Shown here piece by piece: positions 25,675 through 39,192 of a stretch of 64,000 nt of DNA. The position numbers and the translations under genes are program-made. This DNA comes from Elsinoe ampelina. Lineage: Eukaryota. Within the stretch, counting starts at the first letter, position 1; each line of letters starts with the position of its first letter. The notes beneath the pieces were generated by a model. That model was given only the letters and a program-made list of their open reading frames with translations, did not search any database and was not told the origin of the DNA. Location: the NCBI GenBank assembly GCA_010093995.1, contig ML992502.1, positions 2,426,728 through 2,490,727 on the forward strand. The letters are read 5' to 3'.

Positions 25675-27034
25675 TTGTTTGCTCTCTGCGCCCGGCAAGA
25701 ATCAGAGTGCTATACTGTCGGCTCGGGTGAACATTGCAGCATCCGAGTTTGCAACGCCGCTGACATGAATCCGCTGACGAGCTCTTACTGGATGCATCTG
25801 GCGCAGATAACCTTTGTGGTTCCCCCTTCAGGACCGTGCTACGTTCAATCTCAGGGACAACGGGGATTCGGCCTGAGACACGCCTCAAAAGACAAGTCCA
25901 TTCTCCCGGGCAAAGACTTGCAGTGGTACGAATTGTCGCCAGGGGACTACGTGATGACATTCAGCCACGGTCTCGAGATGTCTATGAAGGTCTTGTCCCC
26001 CTCGCACGAGACGGACTCATTGCAATCAGACCCAGCCCGTCCGACAAAGAGGAGCTTCGCCTTGCCAAGGACACGCACTTGACGAAGATGGGCCTGTCGG
26101 ATGCTGCCCAAACTACCATTATTCGAGCTACGCGCTGTCCGAAAGAGGAATTGTCATTATTCGGCGGCGAGACGTCTGCAGAAGCAGTGAGGACCATCGG
26201 AGGCGTGGTCATCTTCCGCAAGTACGGTGACAAAGACGACCTTGAGAAAAAACAAGCAATCCAACAAGAGATCGACATCATGCGGAATCTCTCCCATGTA
26301 AGTGTGAATGACTCTTGGACGATGAAGATCACTAACGTTGCGACTAGCCCAACATCGTTTCCTTGTTCGAAGGCCCCGTTCCAGAGGACATTGAAGCCCC
26401 CGTCCTTGCTCTTGAGTTCCTCGATGGCATGTCTCTCGATAAGTTCTCCACGGACAAGGTCTCGACGCTGCCACCCCTGCTTGTTCATCGTCTTCTCCGA
26501 ACCGTACCGTCGGTGTTGGTATACATGCTCGAGCAAGAGATCGAGCATAATGACATCCGTATTGAGAATATCGTCCTGTGCACCCAGGGATTTAAACTTA
26601 TCGACTTTGGTCTGGCTAGACGTGGTGCCGACCGGTACGTTTGGAGGGACGGGGTTTCTCGTTATGCTCCGCCTGAGCTTCAGAAAAGGAGCGAGGCGCT
26701 CGTGTATGGAGCAAGAGACGTCATGGCCTTTGGCATCATTATCTTCTGGGCTTTGCGCTGGATGAATACACCGATGGGGGAGTCTTGGATTGTGTCTCAA
26801 GCCATTGACCCAGGCCCGGAGCACGATGACATGGCCACGTGGTTAGCGCATGTCCGCTCGAGCAGCATTGAGCTACCGTCGAGTCTGAACCAGCTGACGG
26901 GTCTCTTCGAGGAGAAGCCAGAGCTGCGCATGACGGCAGTGACTCTTGACCAGATCGCCCAAAAAGTGGAGAAGGCATGCATTCCGGCTGCTATCGAGAT
27001 GGGCGAGCTGGTGCGTGCCAATTACGAGTGGTAA
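25675..27034 (+). CDS. Kinase-like gene copy K1 (Ser/Thr kinase fold; 5' end uncertain, possibly frameshifted from an FHA-like N-terminal region)
   Basis: EIDIMRNLSH|PNIVSL joined across intron 26298-26347; LALEFLDG, HNDIRIENIV, KLIDFGLA, RYAPPE, RDVMAFG. The catalytic-loop Lys is replaced by Arg and the Gly-rich loop is degenerate. Confidence 0.75.
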
Positions 27035-27162
27035 CGAGAGTGATGACGAGTTCATAGGGTAGCATGTTCAACTGATTTGCAATTCCGAGACTGAGCAGCA
27101 GAAGACAACCGGTCAGAAGACGGTCCATCCGCTCTGGTGAAGCGAAAAGGTCCGGCGCTGTC

Positions 27163-28366
27163 GTGCCATTTGCCATCATGTGGCAATCCGGATCTGTTGT
27201 CGTGACACAGAGCATTGACTGGACGATGCAAGCGCCGGTGCGACCTCGGTCGTCATTAGCAGCTGACAGGGATTTGTATTTTTCTTCGATGGCAATCGCT
27301 CCGGACTCGACCACGCATATATCTATCGACATGCCCCTCCCCCTCACTGTCGAAAGCAGCGTTGCCGGACTGTCTTTCCATGAGCATACTGGAAGGTGGC
27401 ATGCCATACTCCGACCTTCTCGACAGGGTACCGAAGATGGCGCTTCGCCATGTCATCGGGATCACCTCTTCGGCCGGAAGTATAGTCGGATGTGGCTCTC
27501 TTTGCACCGGTGTATCGTTGGGCGCTCAATACAAGATGATACACGAGGTTTCAGCGTCGGTCAACAAGTACGTCTCATATGGCCATGCTGTGCACCTTCT
27601 GACGTCAAAGGCCATTCTTGCACTATATCACTGGGTCCGGAGGACGGATTCTCAAAGAAAGAATCAGGCGAATTTGATGGCGAGACAGTCGCAGAGGCTG
27701 TGGTGAGGACAGGAGGGGCTATCATGTTCCGGAAGTACGGCACTGTGAACAAGATCAAACTTGCAGTTCGGGACGAAATCGAAATACTGAAGTCAATGAG
27801 CCATGTAAGTTGCATCTATTGATGCTAGACGACGACGGTAGCTGACATTGGCAGCCCAATATAACCTCGCGCTTCGCTGGTCCTCCGCAGGATGATCTCG
27901 ATCTGGACACTAACGGACCTGTCCTCGAGCTGGAGTATCTCAACGGCGCGGGTCTTGGAAGGTTCTCGGGCTCCGGCATCTCCACCATGCCGGTTAGCCT
28001 CGTGCTGCATCTCATACTGTCGATGCTTCCAGCGCAAGTATACCTGATTGAACAGAACATCGAACGCAATGATGCCAAAATCGGGAACATCATTGTGTCT
28101 GCTTTAGTGTCAAGCCCATCGATTTCGATAGAGCGACCAAAGGTGATGGCAGGAAAGTCTGGCGAGACGGCACCTCGCGGTACATTGCACCCGAAGTCAT
28201 GGACCCAAGCGAAGACCTGGTCTACGGCTCGAGGGATGTAATGGTCTTTGGCGTCGTGCTCTTCTGGGCAGTCAGGTGGATCTTCGCGCCGGCCGGAAAC
28301 TCCTTCAAGGTCAAGAAAGCCATCGACCCTGGGAAGCACCGAGACAATGAAGAAGTCAGCACATAG
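27163..28366 (+). pseudogene. Kinase-like gene copy K2, degenerate tandem paralog of K1
   Basis: GETVAEAVVRTGGAIMFRKYG resembles K1 GETSAEAVRTIGGVVIFRKYG. EIEILKSMSH|PNI spans intron 27805-27854. Catalytic loop is RNDAKIGNII. A frameshift at ~28105 precedes IDFD...WRDGTSRYIAPE...RDVMVFG, and there is an early stop at 28366. Confidence 0.8.
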
Positions 28367-28451
28367 AATATCATAGAATTTGTACACAAGACCCATTCAT
28401 ATCATCACAACCCTCATCCCCACCCCACACACCATCCCTCCCACTCCTACC

Positions 28452-29183
28452 TCACGACAAAGCCCTCAAATCCATCACCACCCTCCCCTCGGCCTCATCA
28501 ATCTCCTTCTGGATCGCCTCCTTGACAATCGCCCCACACATCTTCGCATACGGATTCGTCTTGACCGACAACTGCTGCGCGATCTTATTCCCATACCGCC
28601 CACCCTGATAGAAGTCCCTACTCGCCAGACCCTCGATATCCTGCGCCTCCATCTTCGTGATGCTCTCGCCGACGCCGAAGACGGGCAGGCCTTGCTTCCG
28701 CATATCAGCTACTCTGAGGAGGAGCAGCCCGCGGTGTGTGTGCGCGGAGGCGAGCAGGCGGCTTTGCAGGCCAGAGACGGGGGCTTGGGGCGATGGAGGG
28801 GAGGCGAGGTCGATGCCCTTTTGCAGGTCGCGGAGGAGAGATTGGCTGGCTTCGGAGCTGGGTTGGGTGAAGAGGTCGGTCATGGGGAGGGACATGCGTT
28901 TGATTTGAGCTCGGTCGATGTATGCAGGGGCGTAGTCTGGATGGCGCTGGATGAGGGATGTCATGGCGGTGTGTGCGGTGGAGATCTGTTCGGGGGAAGG
29001 CTCGGGGACATTGAGTGGCTTGAGAATGGCTGCTGATTCGTTCTTGAGCAGTTTGCAGTCTTCCGCTGATATCCCGGGGAGGTCCTCGACTTCGTGGTTG
29101 ATTTGAGCTGCTCCGGATGGGGATGATTCGGGGTCGAAGAGGGCACCGAGGACTCGGCTGTCGTTCTGGGAGAGTGCGGCCAT
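28452..29183 (-). CDS. hmgX: TPR protein, TTC36-like / HmgX-like HppD accessory factor
   Basis: PDYAPAYIDRAQ, AHTHRGLL, and C-terminal IAQQLSVKTNPYAKMCGAIV resembling the TTC36 family. Divergently adjacent to hppD. The symbol rests partly on gene context. Confidence 0.7.
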   Translation of the reverse strand: MAALSQNDSRVLGALFDPESSPSGAAQINHEVEDLPGISAEDCKLLKNESAAILKPLNVPEPSPEQISTAHTAMTSLIQRHPDYAPAYIDRAQIKRMSLPMTDLFTQPSSEASQSLLRDLQKGIDLASPPSPQAPVSGLQSRLLASAHTHRGLLLLRVADMRKQGLPVFGVGESITKMEAQDIEGLASRDFYQGGRYGNKIAQQLSVKTNPYAKMCGAIVKEAIQKEIDEAEGRVVMDLRALS

Positions 29184-29575
29184 GCTTCCAGGCTTGATCG
29201 ATGATGTTCAGATGTTTGTGGTTCTGCATGCATACCAAGGAAAATCCGAGCACGTGAGCGGCGAAGCATAGTCACGGCGATGGGACAAGGGGGGAACAAA
29301 GCGGCTCCTCGACCGGGACATCGGGTTTGCGGAACGGCTGGCGACCGAGATCTCGGGTCGCCGTGAACATTTCGGCGTCATCAGCCTCAACAAGCCGCGC
29401 AAAGCCGAGCATCACTGTTGTATCGCCAGATAACATGGAACCAGGCTACGGGTTTTTGTCAGAGGTTGAATCTTACATATCTTCGCCTTGTCTGACATTT
29501 GAATCCTCATCCACTAATCAACACTCTTGAACTACACTCTTCTTGACGATCATCAAGCAATACATCATCGACAAT

Positions 29576-30833
<1,258 letters not shown>

Positions 30834-30874
30834 ATAGATACATAATGTAATGACCGTGACGACAAAGAAATCCT

Positions 30875-31178
30875 GGGGATTGCTATTTACCCCTACCATA
30901 TTTGCTATTTACCCACCCGCCAAGACGCTAAGCTTAAAGACTGAGCTTAATGTTTTATGCCCCTACTTACGGTATATACTAAACACCTGCCTAGCGGCGA
31001 GCGACCTAGCTAAGAATATGTCCGGCTCGCACGAGCGAAGCGAGTAAGAGCTATTACTATTTACTATAGAAAATATCTAAGATATATAAGGATATAGAGA
31101 GCGTACGGAAGCTCCCGGAGCCTAGCGTCTTGGCGGGTGGGTAAATAGCAAATATGGTAGGGGTAAATAGCAATCCCC
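30875..31178. mobile_element. 304-bp non-autonomous Mutator-like MITE
   Basis: Perfect 56-bp terminal inverted repeats (ggggattgctatttacccctaccatatttgctatttacccacccgccaagacgcta). 9-bp target-site duplication agaaatcct at 30866-30874 and 31179-31187. TpA-rich interior. Confidence 0.93.
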
Positions 31179-31373
31179 AGAAATCCTGCCCTGCCTGTCA
31201 TTTCCAGAGCTGTGATTGGTCAGTGTACAGTCAGCAGGTGAGCCGCGGCTATCCGCGCCTTCCCTTCCGTGAACCGTCTTGCTCCGATCTGAACGCGGCT
31301 TTGTACAACCACAACCGACCGCTTTCCGGCTTGTAACGAGTACCATCGCGCTCAGGCGCTCACGCGTCACAAC

Positions 31374-33748
31374 ATGCGCCTGAAAGCGTTCGTTGAATCT
31401 GCATGTCAATATGATGATAGCTAACACAATGGCAAAGGAATATGGCCTGTGATCGATGCCGGCATGTAGTCCAGAGCAAGCTTCTGTGATGCAGAAACTG
31501 ACCGGGACAGGCGTATGAAAACAAAATGCGACGATGCCAGACCGGTTTGTGGCACATGTAAGCAACGCCGTAAGGAGCATCAATGCACCTACTTCGGCGG
31601 TGGCGGAATCGCCAGAGGCAGACCTCGCAAGGATGCCGTCCTACAAAGGCCATCCACATTCATGGGCTTTGATCCAGCCGGGACACCCCGGTCGGTCGGT
31701 GTCAGCTCACGTCCTACAACAACGCCAAAACCTCCTCCAACTTCGGCCCTGGCAGCTTCAGCGACCGATGATCGGCATACCGCCGATAGCATAGAGCGTC
31801 TTGTCGAGGCTAAGATCCAGCAAATGCAAGTCAGCAAAGACATTTGACTTTCGGGCAGACCTGACACCTCGTAGGCTCGGGGGATCTCTGAATCCGGCTG
31901 CCACCACCGTTGGTCGAGATGTTTCCCTAGCAAGACAAGACTCCCCTCCACAGGTCGCCGCAAGCATTGAGAGACCCCCGGCGACGTCCGAAGAAGTATG
32001 GGTGACCTACAGGCAGACCTGGTGAGCAGGATCTAGTCATGTCTAGAAAACGCCTCTGACCAAGGTAGCCAGCTACAGGAAGAGGATGAGGCCAAGTCGG
32101 ATCTTACGGAAACCTACTCTCAACAGCTGCACTGTCAACCACTGCCTCTCCTAAATATTGACCTCTTGCGGGACACCCTAGATACATGTCCAGACTACTT
32201 ATTCTTTGCTGTCTACCTCGTTATCGGCTGCAGCATCGCCAGGTCTGATGACTACCCGCACGTGTCGTTCAAAGCGCTGGCACGCATGTTGACACAAGTT
32301 CTTTCTTCCGTCGAAAACCCTTCCCTGGCAACCGTCCAAGCATACTGTCTCCTTTCATGGACATGGATCTATGGTGAGCTATAGCTTGCCTATAAAGGGC
32401 TTTTCTAATATCAAACAGTGGGTGATCGCACAGCTGCGCAGATCAGCTTCACTAGCGCAAGCATCATCTTCGACGAGATCACAGATCGCAGTGTTAGGCA
32501 TCGGCATGGCCCAGACAGTGACGATGATCTGCTTCGCTGCTGTCAAAGCATCTTCATACTCAAATGCATGATGGTCAGAAAGAATTCGACCTTCGAACGT
32601 CGCCCTGCTCTACCTCCCCAATTGGCACCACCCAAGCCACCTGCTTTGGTCGAGACGGAGAACGGAAACCCTCAGCCGGCGGATCTCGGACTTATGGCGT
32701 ATACAGTCAACCTGTTCGGCATCTTCACTCGTGCTCTGGCCTTTGTCCAGTCATTCGGAACTCCTGCGCAAGCGGAGCACTGGCATGCAGACTCGAATTA
32801 TCATTCTATCATCCAGGATCTGAACAATTTCGAGACGACGTTGTCCCAGGAGCACAGAGTGAAGCGGCTTCGATTTGAGCAGCGGACTATTGAGGAGATC
32901 GACCACCAGCGTCTATATTGGGCTCCTTGGTTCACGATGCAGCTCCTGTTCCACGGTATCCAAGCGCTCATCAACCACCCTCTGCTGCATTTAGTGGAGC
33001 AAAGACGGGAGGCTTGCTTTCGGCCGCCTTCCTTCAGTCAGCATACATCGGATCAAGCTCGACTTCATGCCGGCTGGATCATCCACCTGATTCGAGCGGC
33101 AGCAGCGAAGGATTTCGAGCTTCACGATCCTTTCCTGGCGTTCATAGCTGCCACGACTGCTACAGTCTATCTGTTTTGGACATTCGACAAAGACAAAAAA
33201 GCGGCCGAGGATGCTCTGATATCATTCAGAACTTGTGTCGACTTTGTGCGGTCGAAAGCAGAAGGCGAGTCGCACTTGCGCTTCACAGTATGTTTCAGCA
33301 AGAACAAATAGACTGGGAAAGACTGACCATGTCTTAGCTGGCACGTCTGGAAATGCTAGAGCAGTCAGCAAGTCGCATGTCCGACGGACGAGATCCACGT
33401 CCAAGACCTAGTGCAGCCATCGAGATCCTGCTGCCGATCTTCGAGTACTGTAGGACTGATCCTGTCGATCAGATTCTGGACGGTGACGGAGCCGTGCCAC
33501 TTCCTATCACATCTGAGTTCCTGACCTCACCGCATGCTATCTCGGCGGGAGCTACACCGAACCCGAACAATGGTACACAACAAGACACTGGAGCAACAGA
33601 ATCTGGATCAAGGGGTAACAGCATGATTGACGAGAGCACGAATTTCTTTACTGGAGGTAGTGAGTTTGGCAACATTAATATCTTCGATACGTCAGACATT
33701 CTGAACACGGCTCTGCTTGATGGGAGTCTCTGGCCTGGTCAGTTGTGA
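31374..33748 (+). CDS. Zn(II)2Cys6 fungal transcription factor (multi-exon)
   Basis: Splicing 31388-31437 and 31462-31510 gives MRLKANMACDRCRRMKTKCDDARPVCGTCKQRRKEHQCTY. The middle region is fungal-TF-like (HCQPLPL, SLATVQAYCLLS, WFTMQLLFHGIQALINHPLL). Further short introns lie near 31830, 32022, 32373 and 33288. Confidence 0.85.
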
Positions 33749-34044
33749 TGAAGAGATCTGAAAGTCTAGAAGCTCTTGCGGCGACGCTTCAGATATACGA
33801 TGCATCGGGAATTGCTCGAGGGTTTACATTTATCAATTCGAGGCATGGGACAGAGCATGACTACAAGATATAGATACGCATGTGTATCATTGAAACGATT
33901 GACTTCTATCCAGCACTCAGACTACATCTGGTACTATTTCTCTACAAATTGCCTCTTCTGTGCAGGCTGTCTGAAGCCTACGGTCAGCAACGGCTTCAGC
34001 CTGAAAGAGTCTAGGTTTCGAGCTATTCTTCAGCTCAAACCCAT

Positions 34045-35413
34045 CTATAGCGATACAGACGACTTCATCAGTACCTTCTTCCTCGCAAACGACGCCCTGA
34101 TGTTCGGCGCCATCTCGACAGCCTGTCGCACCGACCCGAGCGCTGTCTTCTTCGCGGCCACCAACAACTCATTCGGACTCATTCTGTTCACGGCCTTCGC
34201 AGCCGCAGCCTGCTTGATATGAATATCAAACATCCCCAAGCTCTCGCACTGCCACACAGTCTCTTCCACAGTGGCTTGATGCAGATCTCTCTGGTCGTCC
34301 TCAGTACGCAGCAGCCCGAGATCAAAAGGATGATGGCGTGGCAATGCCTTCCAGCCCAAAGCGAAGAGAAACGTGGGCATGAAAGCATACGTATCGCGCT
34401 TCCCAGCGTGCAAAAGTGGGTCCACGGGATCCAGCACATCGAGCGCGACATAGGCCGCTGTGCCCGAGAAGCGAGGCCCCGTCCGACGTCCTCGAGTGGC
34501 GAGGCCGAAGTCGATGAGCTTGACCTGGGTGTCATTGATGAGGATGTTCTCGGGTTTGACATCGTTGTGCTCGACGCGTTGCTCCACGAGATAGCACAGG
34601 ACTTCTGGGAAGGCTTGTAAGAGGGCGAAGACTCGATCGGCGGGGAGGGTGCAGAAGTTTTGGGGGTCGCGGTAGGCGGAGAGGTCTTTTTGGCCGAGGA
34701 ATTCGGTGTAGAGAGCGGTTGAGATGGGGTCGATGGCTGGCCAGGGGGTCATGAGCTGGACGATGTTCTTCTGGGTTGTATGTGTCAGTCTTTCCTACTC
34801 TGAGGGTGCATTATGGTATACTGACGTGCGACAGCTTCGTCAGCATCTTTTTCTCCTCCTGAATGTACTCTTTGGCTTTCGTATTCCGACCTTCCTTCTC
34901 GACGATCGTTCTGTCGCCTTCTCGGAACACTCGGACGATAGCATTAGAGTTGATTGCGATGATGGAATTGCTGACTCGAGGCCGATCAGAGCTGTCGGAC
35001 TTCTCAACTTCTGCTGGGAAGCCAGTCGTGGAGATTGTTCGAGGTGGAAGTGCAGGAAGTCCTGCCTTTAGTCGATCTTGCTCTCCCGCCCCCTCGACTT
35101 TATCTCCTTCTGCTGATACAGACGACTTTTCTTGCTCATCATGTGTTTCCTGAGGTGCTTGGGATGTTTGAGCCTCTGCAGTCGAATTATCTTTTGCATC
35201 TACTGCCGCGCCAATGGCGTGAATGGTCGAGGCTTCGGAGCTGCCAGCAGATTGTGAAAGACCCCGAGTCGTCTGGCCCTCTCTGACCGAGGACACTTCT
35301 TCCAAGGATCTTGATAGATGGGTTTCTGTTCTTGCGAGAGCCATGGTGGTTGAGTTTGAAAATCGGATGTGAAAGCCGTCGTGGCAGAATGTGCAACCAT
35401 GGAACTTATTCAA
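34045..35413 (-). CDS. Kinase-like gene copy K3 (start uncertain)
   Basis: EEKKMLTKLSH|KNIVQL across intron 34771-34825; LYTEFLG, HNDVKPENILI, KLIDFGLA, GTAAYVALD, KRDTYAF. Confidence 0.82.
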
Positions 35414-35653
35414 GGGAAGACATCGTGTTGTTTTGTCTCGTGCTACACCTTCCTTGTGGTCGGCTCCATTCGTTCAGAAAAGATCTTTGGGCAATCTAGC
35501 CGCTGGTGTCACCGACGAGGAGCCCGGCCACAGTTTGGCCAGTGTCGAGGTGGCGTTGAGCTTGTACGACCTGAACACCGCAATCCTTCATGGCCTTGTC
35601 TTGTCTCGAAGAACCGCTCACTTCATTTCATACAAGCTATCGAGTAAGACGAG

Positions 35654-36290
35654 ATGTCAGGTACCAAGATTCATGCAGTTCGGCATCCCTGGGAGGTCCC
35701 AGAGGTGACTCCAGAGCCCGACTTCTTCGATGACGACCGGCCCGTTCGTGCGCTCAGTCCCACGAGTCGGTCTAACAGCTGATTCTGAACAGGACCTCGC
35801 ACGGCCTACGACAAGATTGCTGTTGTCCAGGATGGGCATCGACAAAGCTCGTCAACAGCAGCTGTCACTCACCCACAACCGCCGCGTCGTCAAGATCCGC
35901 AGCGACGGCGAATTTCTCTACGAACTCCACAAATACATCGCCCGTCATCGATGCAAGAACATCGAGCGCCTCATAGGCCGCTACTTGATGCGACAAGAGC
36001 AAAGAGACAAAGAACTAGAGGCACAGCACAAAGAAAGCATGATCCCCGTCATGGTGCTCGGGGTAAGAGAGCCGAGTGGTCGAGTCTTCTTCAATGCTGC
36101 AACGCATTGTCGGACGATGTGGTTCTTGTCGAAGCTTGCGGAAGATTTGTTGGAGGAGAAGAAGGCGGTGAGGGTGGCGGAGATGCATGCCACGATCAGG
36201 GAGGAGATTGCGAAGTTCAAGGAGCCGCAATTACGGAGGTCGGCCCGGATCAGGGGGAGGATGGAGAGGAGCGGAAGGCAGGGGCGGTGA
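35654..36290 (+). CDS. Orphan partner gene copy P2 (NRR/RRSAR family)
   Basis: Exon 1 35654-35743 (MSGTKIHAVRHPWEVPEVTPEP...), intron 35744-35792, exon 2 with MGIDKARQQQLSLTHNRRVVKIRSDGEF...MWFLS...LRRSARIR. Confidence 0.82.
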
Positions 36291-36398
36291 AGACTGCAGC
36301 ATCATCTTCTGATATCGTCTGTTGAGCCTCGTACATGATCTGTTTACAACCAAGTCCGGGCTGATGATAGAGATTGATATACCTTCCCAACCAGCCTG

Positions 36399-37616
36399 TT
36401 ACTCCCCCTGCTGGGAGCCAAAGAGCTCCGACTCGTCCAGCTTCAATTTCTTTCTGATCTTGTGTGCAGCGTTCATAGCCTCATCAACTGCATCGAGTGT
36501 CCGCTCCCCAAGCCTATACACATCACAGCAAATGTCAAACGGTTTGGATCTCTTCGCAGGGTCCATGCGTAGGGTCTTGGTGATTACGGAGCAGCTCGGT
36601 GGCATTTCAAAACCAATACGCTCGGCAGTGTGGGTGTACTCCAGCATTTTCTGCCTCTCGATCTCATTGCCGGTGCACGCGTCGGCAGCAAGAAACTCAT
36701 CACCTTCCGGGAATCGAATGATCCGACACGCCACGGTCATGACCACACCAAAGGCATAGCTATCTCGAGCGCCTGGATAAGCCATCGGATCCTGGTTCCG
36801 AAGCGTCTCTGCAGGCATGTACGGTGCGGTGTCGCACATCATCGCTCCAGTTTGTGATCCGACTGTCGCGCAACCGAAGTCGATCAAAATTGGCTTGCCC
36901 TTCGAGATGAGAATGTTGTCCGGCTTAATATCATTGTGAGTGATACCTTGCTTGAATAGCTCAAAAAGGACGTCGGGGAACTCTCCCAGAAGCGCGGCAA
37001 CCACGTGTCTCTCGAGCGTCGAGAATTTGTCCTCGTCGACATAGTAGCTCATGTCGCAAGCATCGTCAAACAGTTCGAGTACCACTGAGTCGCCCCTTGG
37101 ATCTGGTTCCTGACCAATGAAGACCTTGATGATAGATTTCTGCGCTTCTCAACATAATCATCCGCAGTGGGATGCATGACATATGCTTACATGGTCCAAT
37201 CTTACCAGAGCCTCCCTTTCGCGCCTGAGAGCCGCAAGACCTTCTTTCCCAGCACAGAACTTCACCGCTCGGACGTGATTGTCCAGCTTCACCTTGACGA
37301 TCATGGAGTTCTGCGTGTTGGCCACCACCTGCGGATATGCACGAGCTAGATCCCTCCACCTCGGCTCCATGTCGTCTTCGGAAGAACTTGCACTCTGGCC
37401 AGGCGAGGCCGAAGACCGTGTACTTGTCAATTGTCCAGATCCATCTTTAGCCCAACAGATGTCCGCTCCAGAAGATTCGAATGGACTTGGGAGCCGCTGT
37501 CGGCGTCTTTTGGACAGTGTCTCGGTGTCGCGGACTCGTTCGTCATGGGTCGGCGAGTTGCGTATGTCCAAGAGCCATGGATCGACATAGAGAGTCTTTT
37601 CTGAGGAGCTCTGCAT
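36399..37616 (-). CDS. Kinase-like gene copy K4
   Basis: VRAVKF...REREALVRLDH|KSIIKV across intron 37140-37190; VVLELFD, HNDIKPDNILI, LIDFGCA, TAPYMPAE, RDSYAFG, DPAKR. Confidence 0.85.
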
Positions 37617-37962
37617 CTCTCAATTCCTTTCACTGTCTTCGATGTAGCGTATGAATATTTCGTGGTCGTTTCCCTCGACTATGCTCCGTTATCAAAAGAA
37701 GGAGTCACGATTTGATGGAATGAGTGCGTGACTCTGCATCCATCTCGAGTTCAAATACTGTCCCCATCGTGCCCACAGGATCACTTTTCATGGTGTACAC
37801 GAGCTGAGGCGAGTGGCTGAGAAACATCCATGTAGCCGCTTGTGTAACCACAACACAATACCCCACCAGCAATCTCATCTTTGTGCTCAACTGGAGAATC
37901 AAGAACCTCGTCCGCATGAGTGAATCCCATAATGCCTGCAAGGTTTGAAACCTTTCGCAAAG

Positions 37963-38657
37963 ATGAACATACGAATTGCTGGTACAGCTTTTGTACTGCC
38001 ACGTCCAAGTCCAGAGCTGTGGATGGGGATAAGTCGGTCAGATGTAAGGGACAACTGGGCCAAAAATATGGCAAGTACTAAATTTCTGAACAGAATGGCC
38101 GTCGATCAGGGCGAACTACGTTGCGAAGCAGTCTTGAAGAGATTGGTCTGTCTGGAAGCCGCCTGGACGAGCTACTTCTTAGTCACAATCGCCGTGTGGT
38201 AAAAAACCAGTCTGATCGCAGATTTTCAAGACGTCTGCTTGCTCATCTTCGAATGAGGGACGGTAATCTCGAGCAGCATATCGGAGAGTTTCTCATGCAG
38301 CAAGAGCAGCAGCACGCCACAGCTGAGAAATTACACGAGAACAGAATTCTGAGTGTGATGGCTTATGGACGCTCGTACAAGCCGGAGATATCCAACACAG
38401 ATCTATCCACAACTACCACGGCATTATGGGAAGTCTCAGATTTGGCCGATGCTATTCTTCGGGAGAAGGAGGAAGAAAGTGTCCGAGCATTTCGCGAGGA
38501 GATGTACCCCGAGGAGGATGCCGTCGCTACCGTGGAGGTGGAGCCTGAAGCTGTACCTACGCGACCGAGACACAAGGTCAAGAGACGTCGGAGGTGCAAA
38601 CAACCGCCAATCAGAAGGTCTGCTCGTCTTCGTGAGCAGGCGAGGAAGAAGAGTTGA
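37963..38657 (+). CDS. Orphan partner gene copy P3 (NRR/RRSAR family)
   Basis: Exon 1 37963-38043 (MNIRIAGTAFVLPRPSPELWMGISRSD), intron 38044-38093, exon 2 with IGLSGSRLDELLLSHNRRVVKNQSDRRF...LWEVS...PIRRSARLR. Confidence 0.85.
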
Positions 38658-39192
38658 CAGCGAGTGCACCAGATGTATCGAGGATCTCATTCAGCGTTGC
38701 GCCAAAGCTTGCTATTCAGGAGTTGTATAGTCCTCGTAGAGCCATTTGAGGCGTAGAATCGCTCTACTATAGGAGTCGTAGGAGTTCACGAAAAAGTCCT
38801 CGAGCACCATAACTGTGCAGCACCCTTTTTCTTGTTGACTTGGTCTGCATCTTGTGTCTTTGAGAAGCTCCAGGTCAGGTCTATCGCAAGAAGTATGTAT
38901 TTTGTGGATTCTGAAGTAATGTAGCAAGCTGAGCGAGGGATCTGTCGATTTTGCAGCATCGTGCTTGACCGGCGCCAGCCTGAAATACGTCGATACCATC
39001 GTTTACTTCTTCGCAAGAGTAATAGCACAAGGATATCCCGACTGGCTGAGAGCATCCCAGAAGCGCTTGTGTAACACCAGCCGCCTTGTGACACCGCGCC
39101 CAGGAAAGCAGCTTGGGTACAAGAACACAGTCCCGCCACATTTCCTTGAGCGTCGCCATTCCAACCTCATGATCAAGCTGAGCCATTGAGCT

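Noticed and set aside
27098..27140. 'ccggtcagaaga' 12-mer shared with the P4 tail (PVRR..), suggesting a sixth partner remnant
   Set aside because: Too short, wrong orientation for a K2 partner, and no NRR core nearby.
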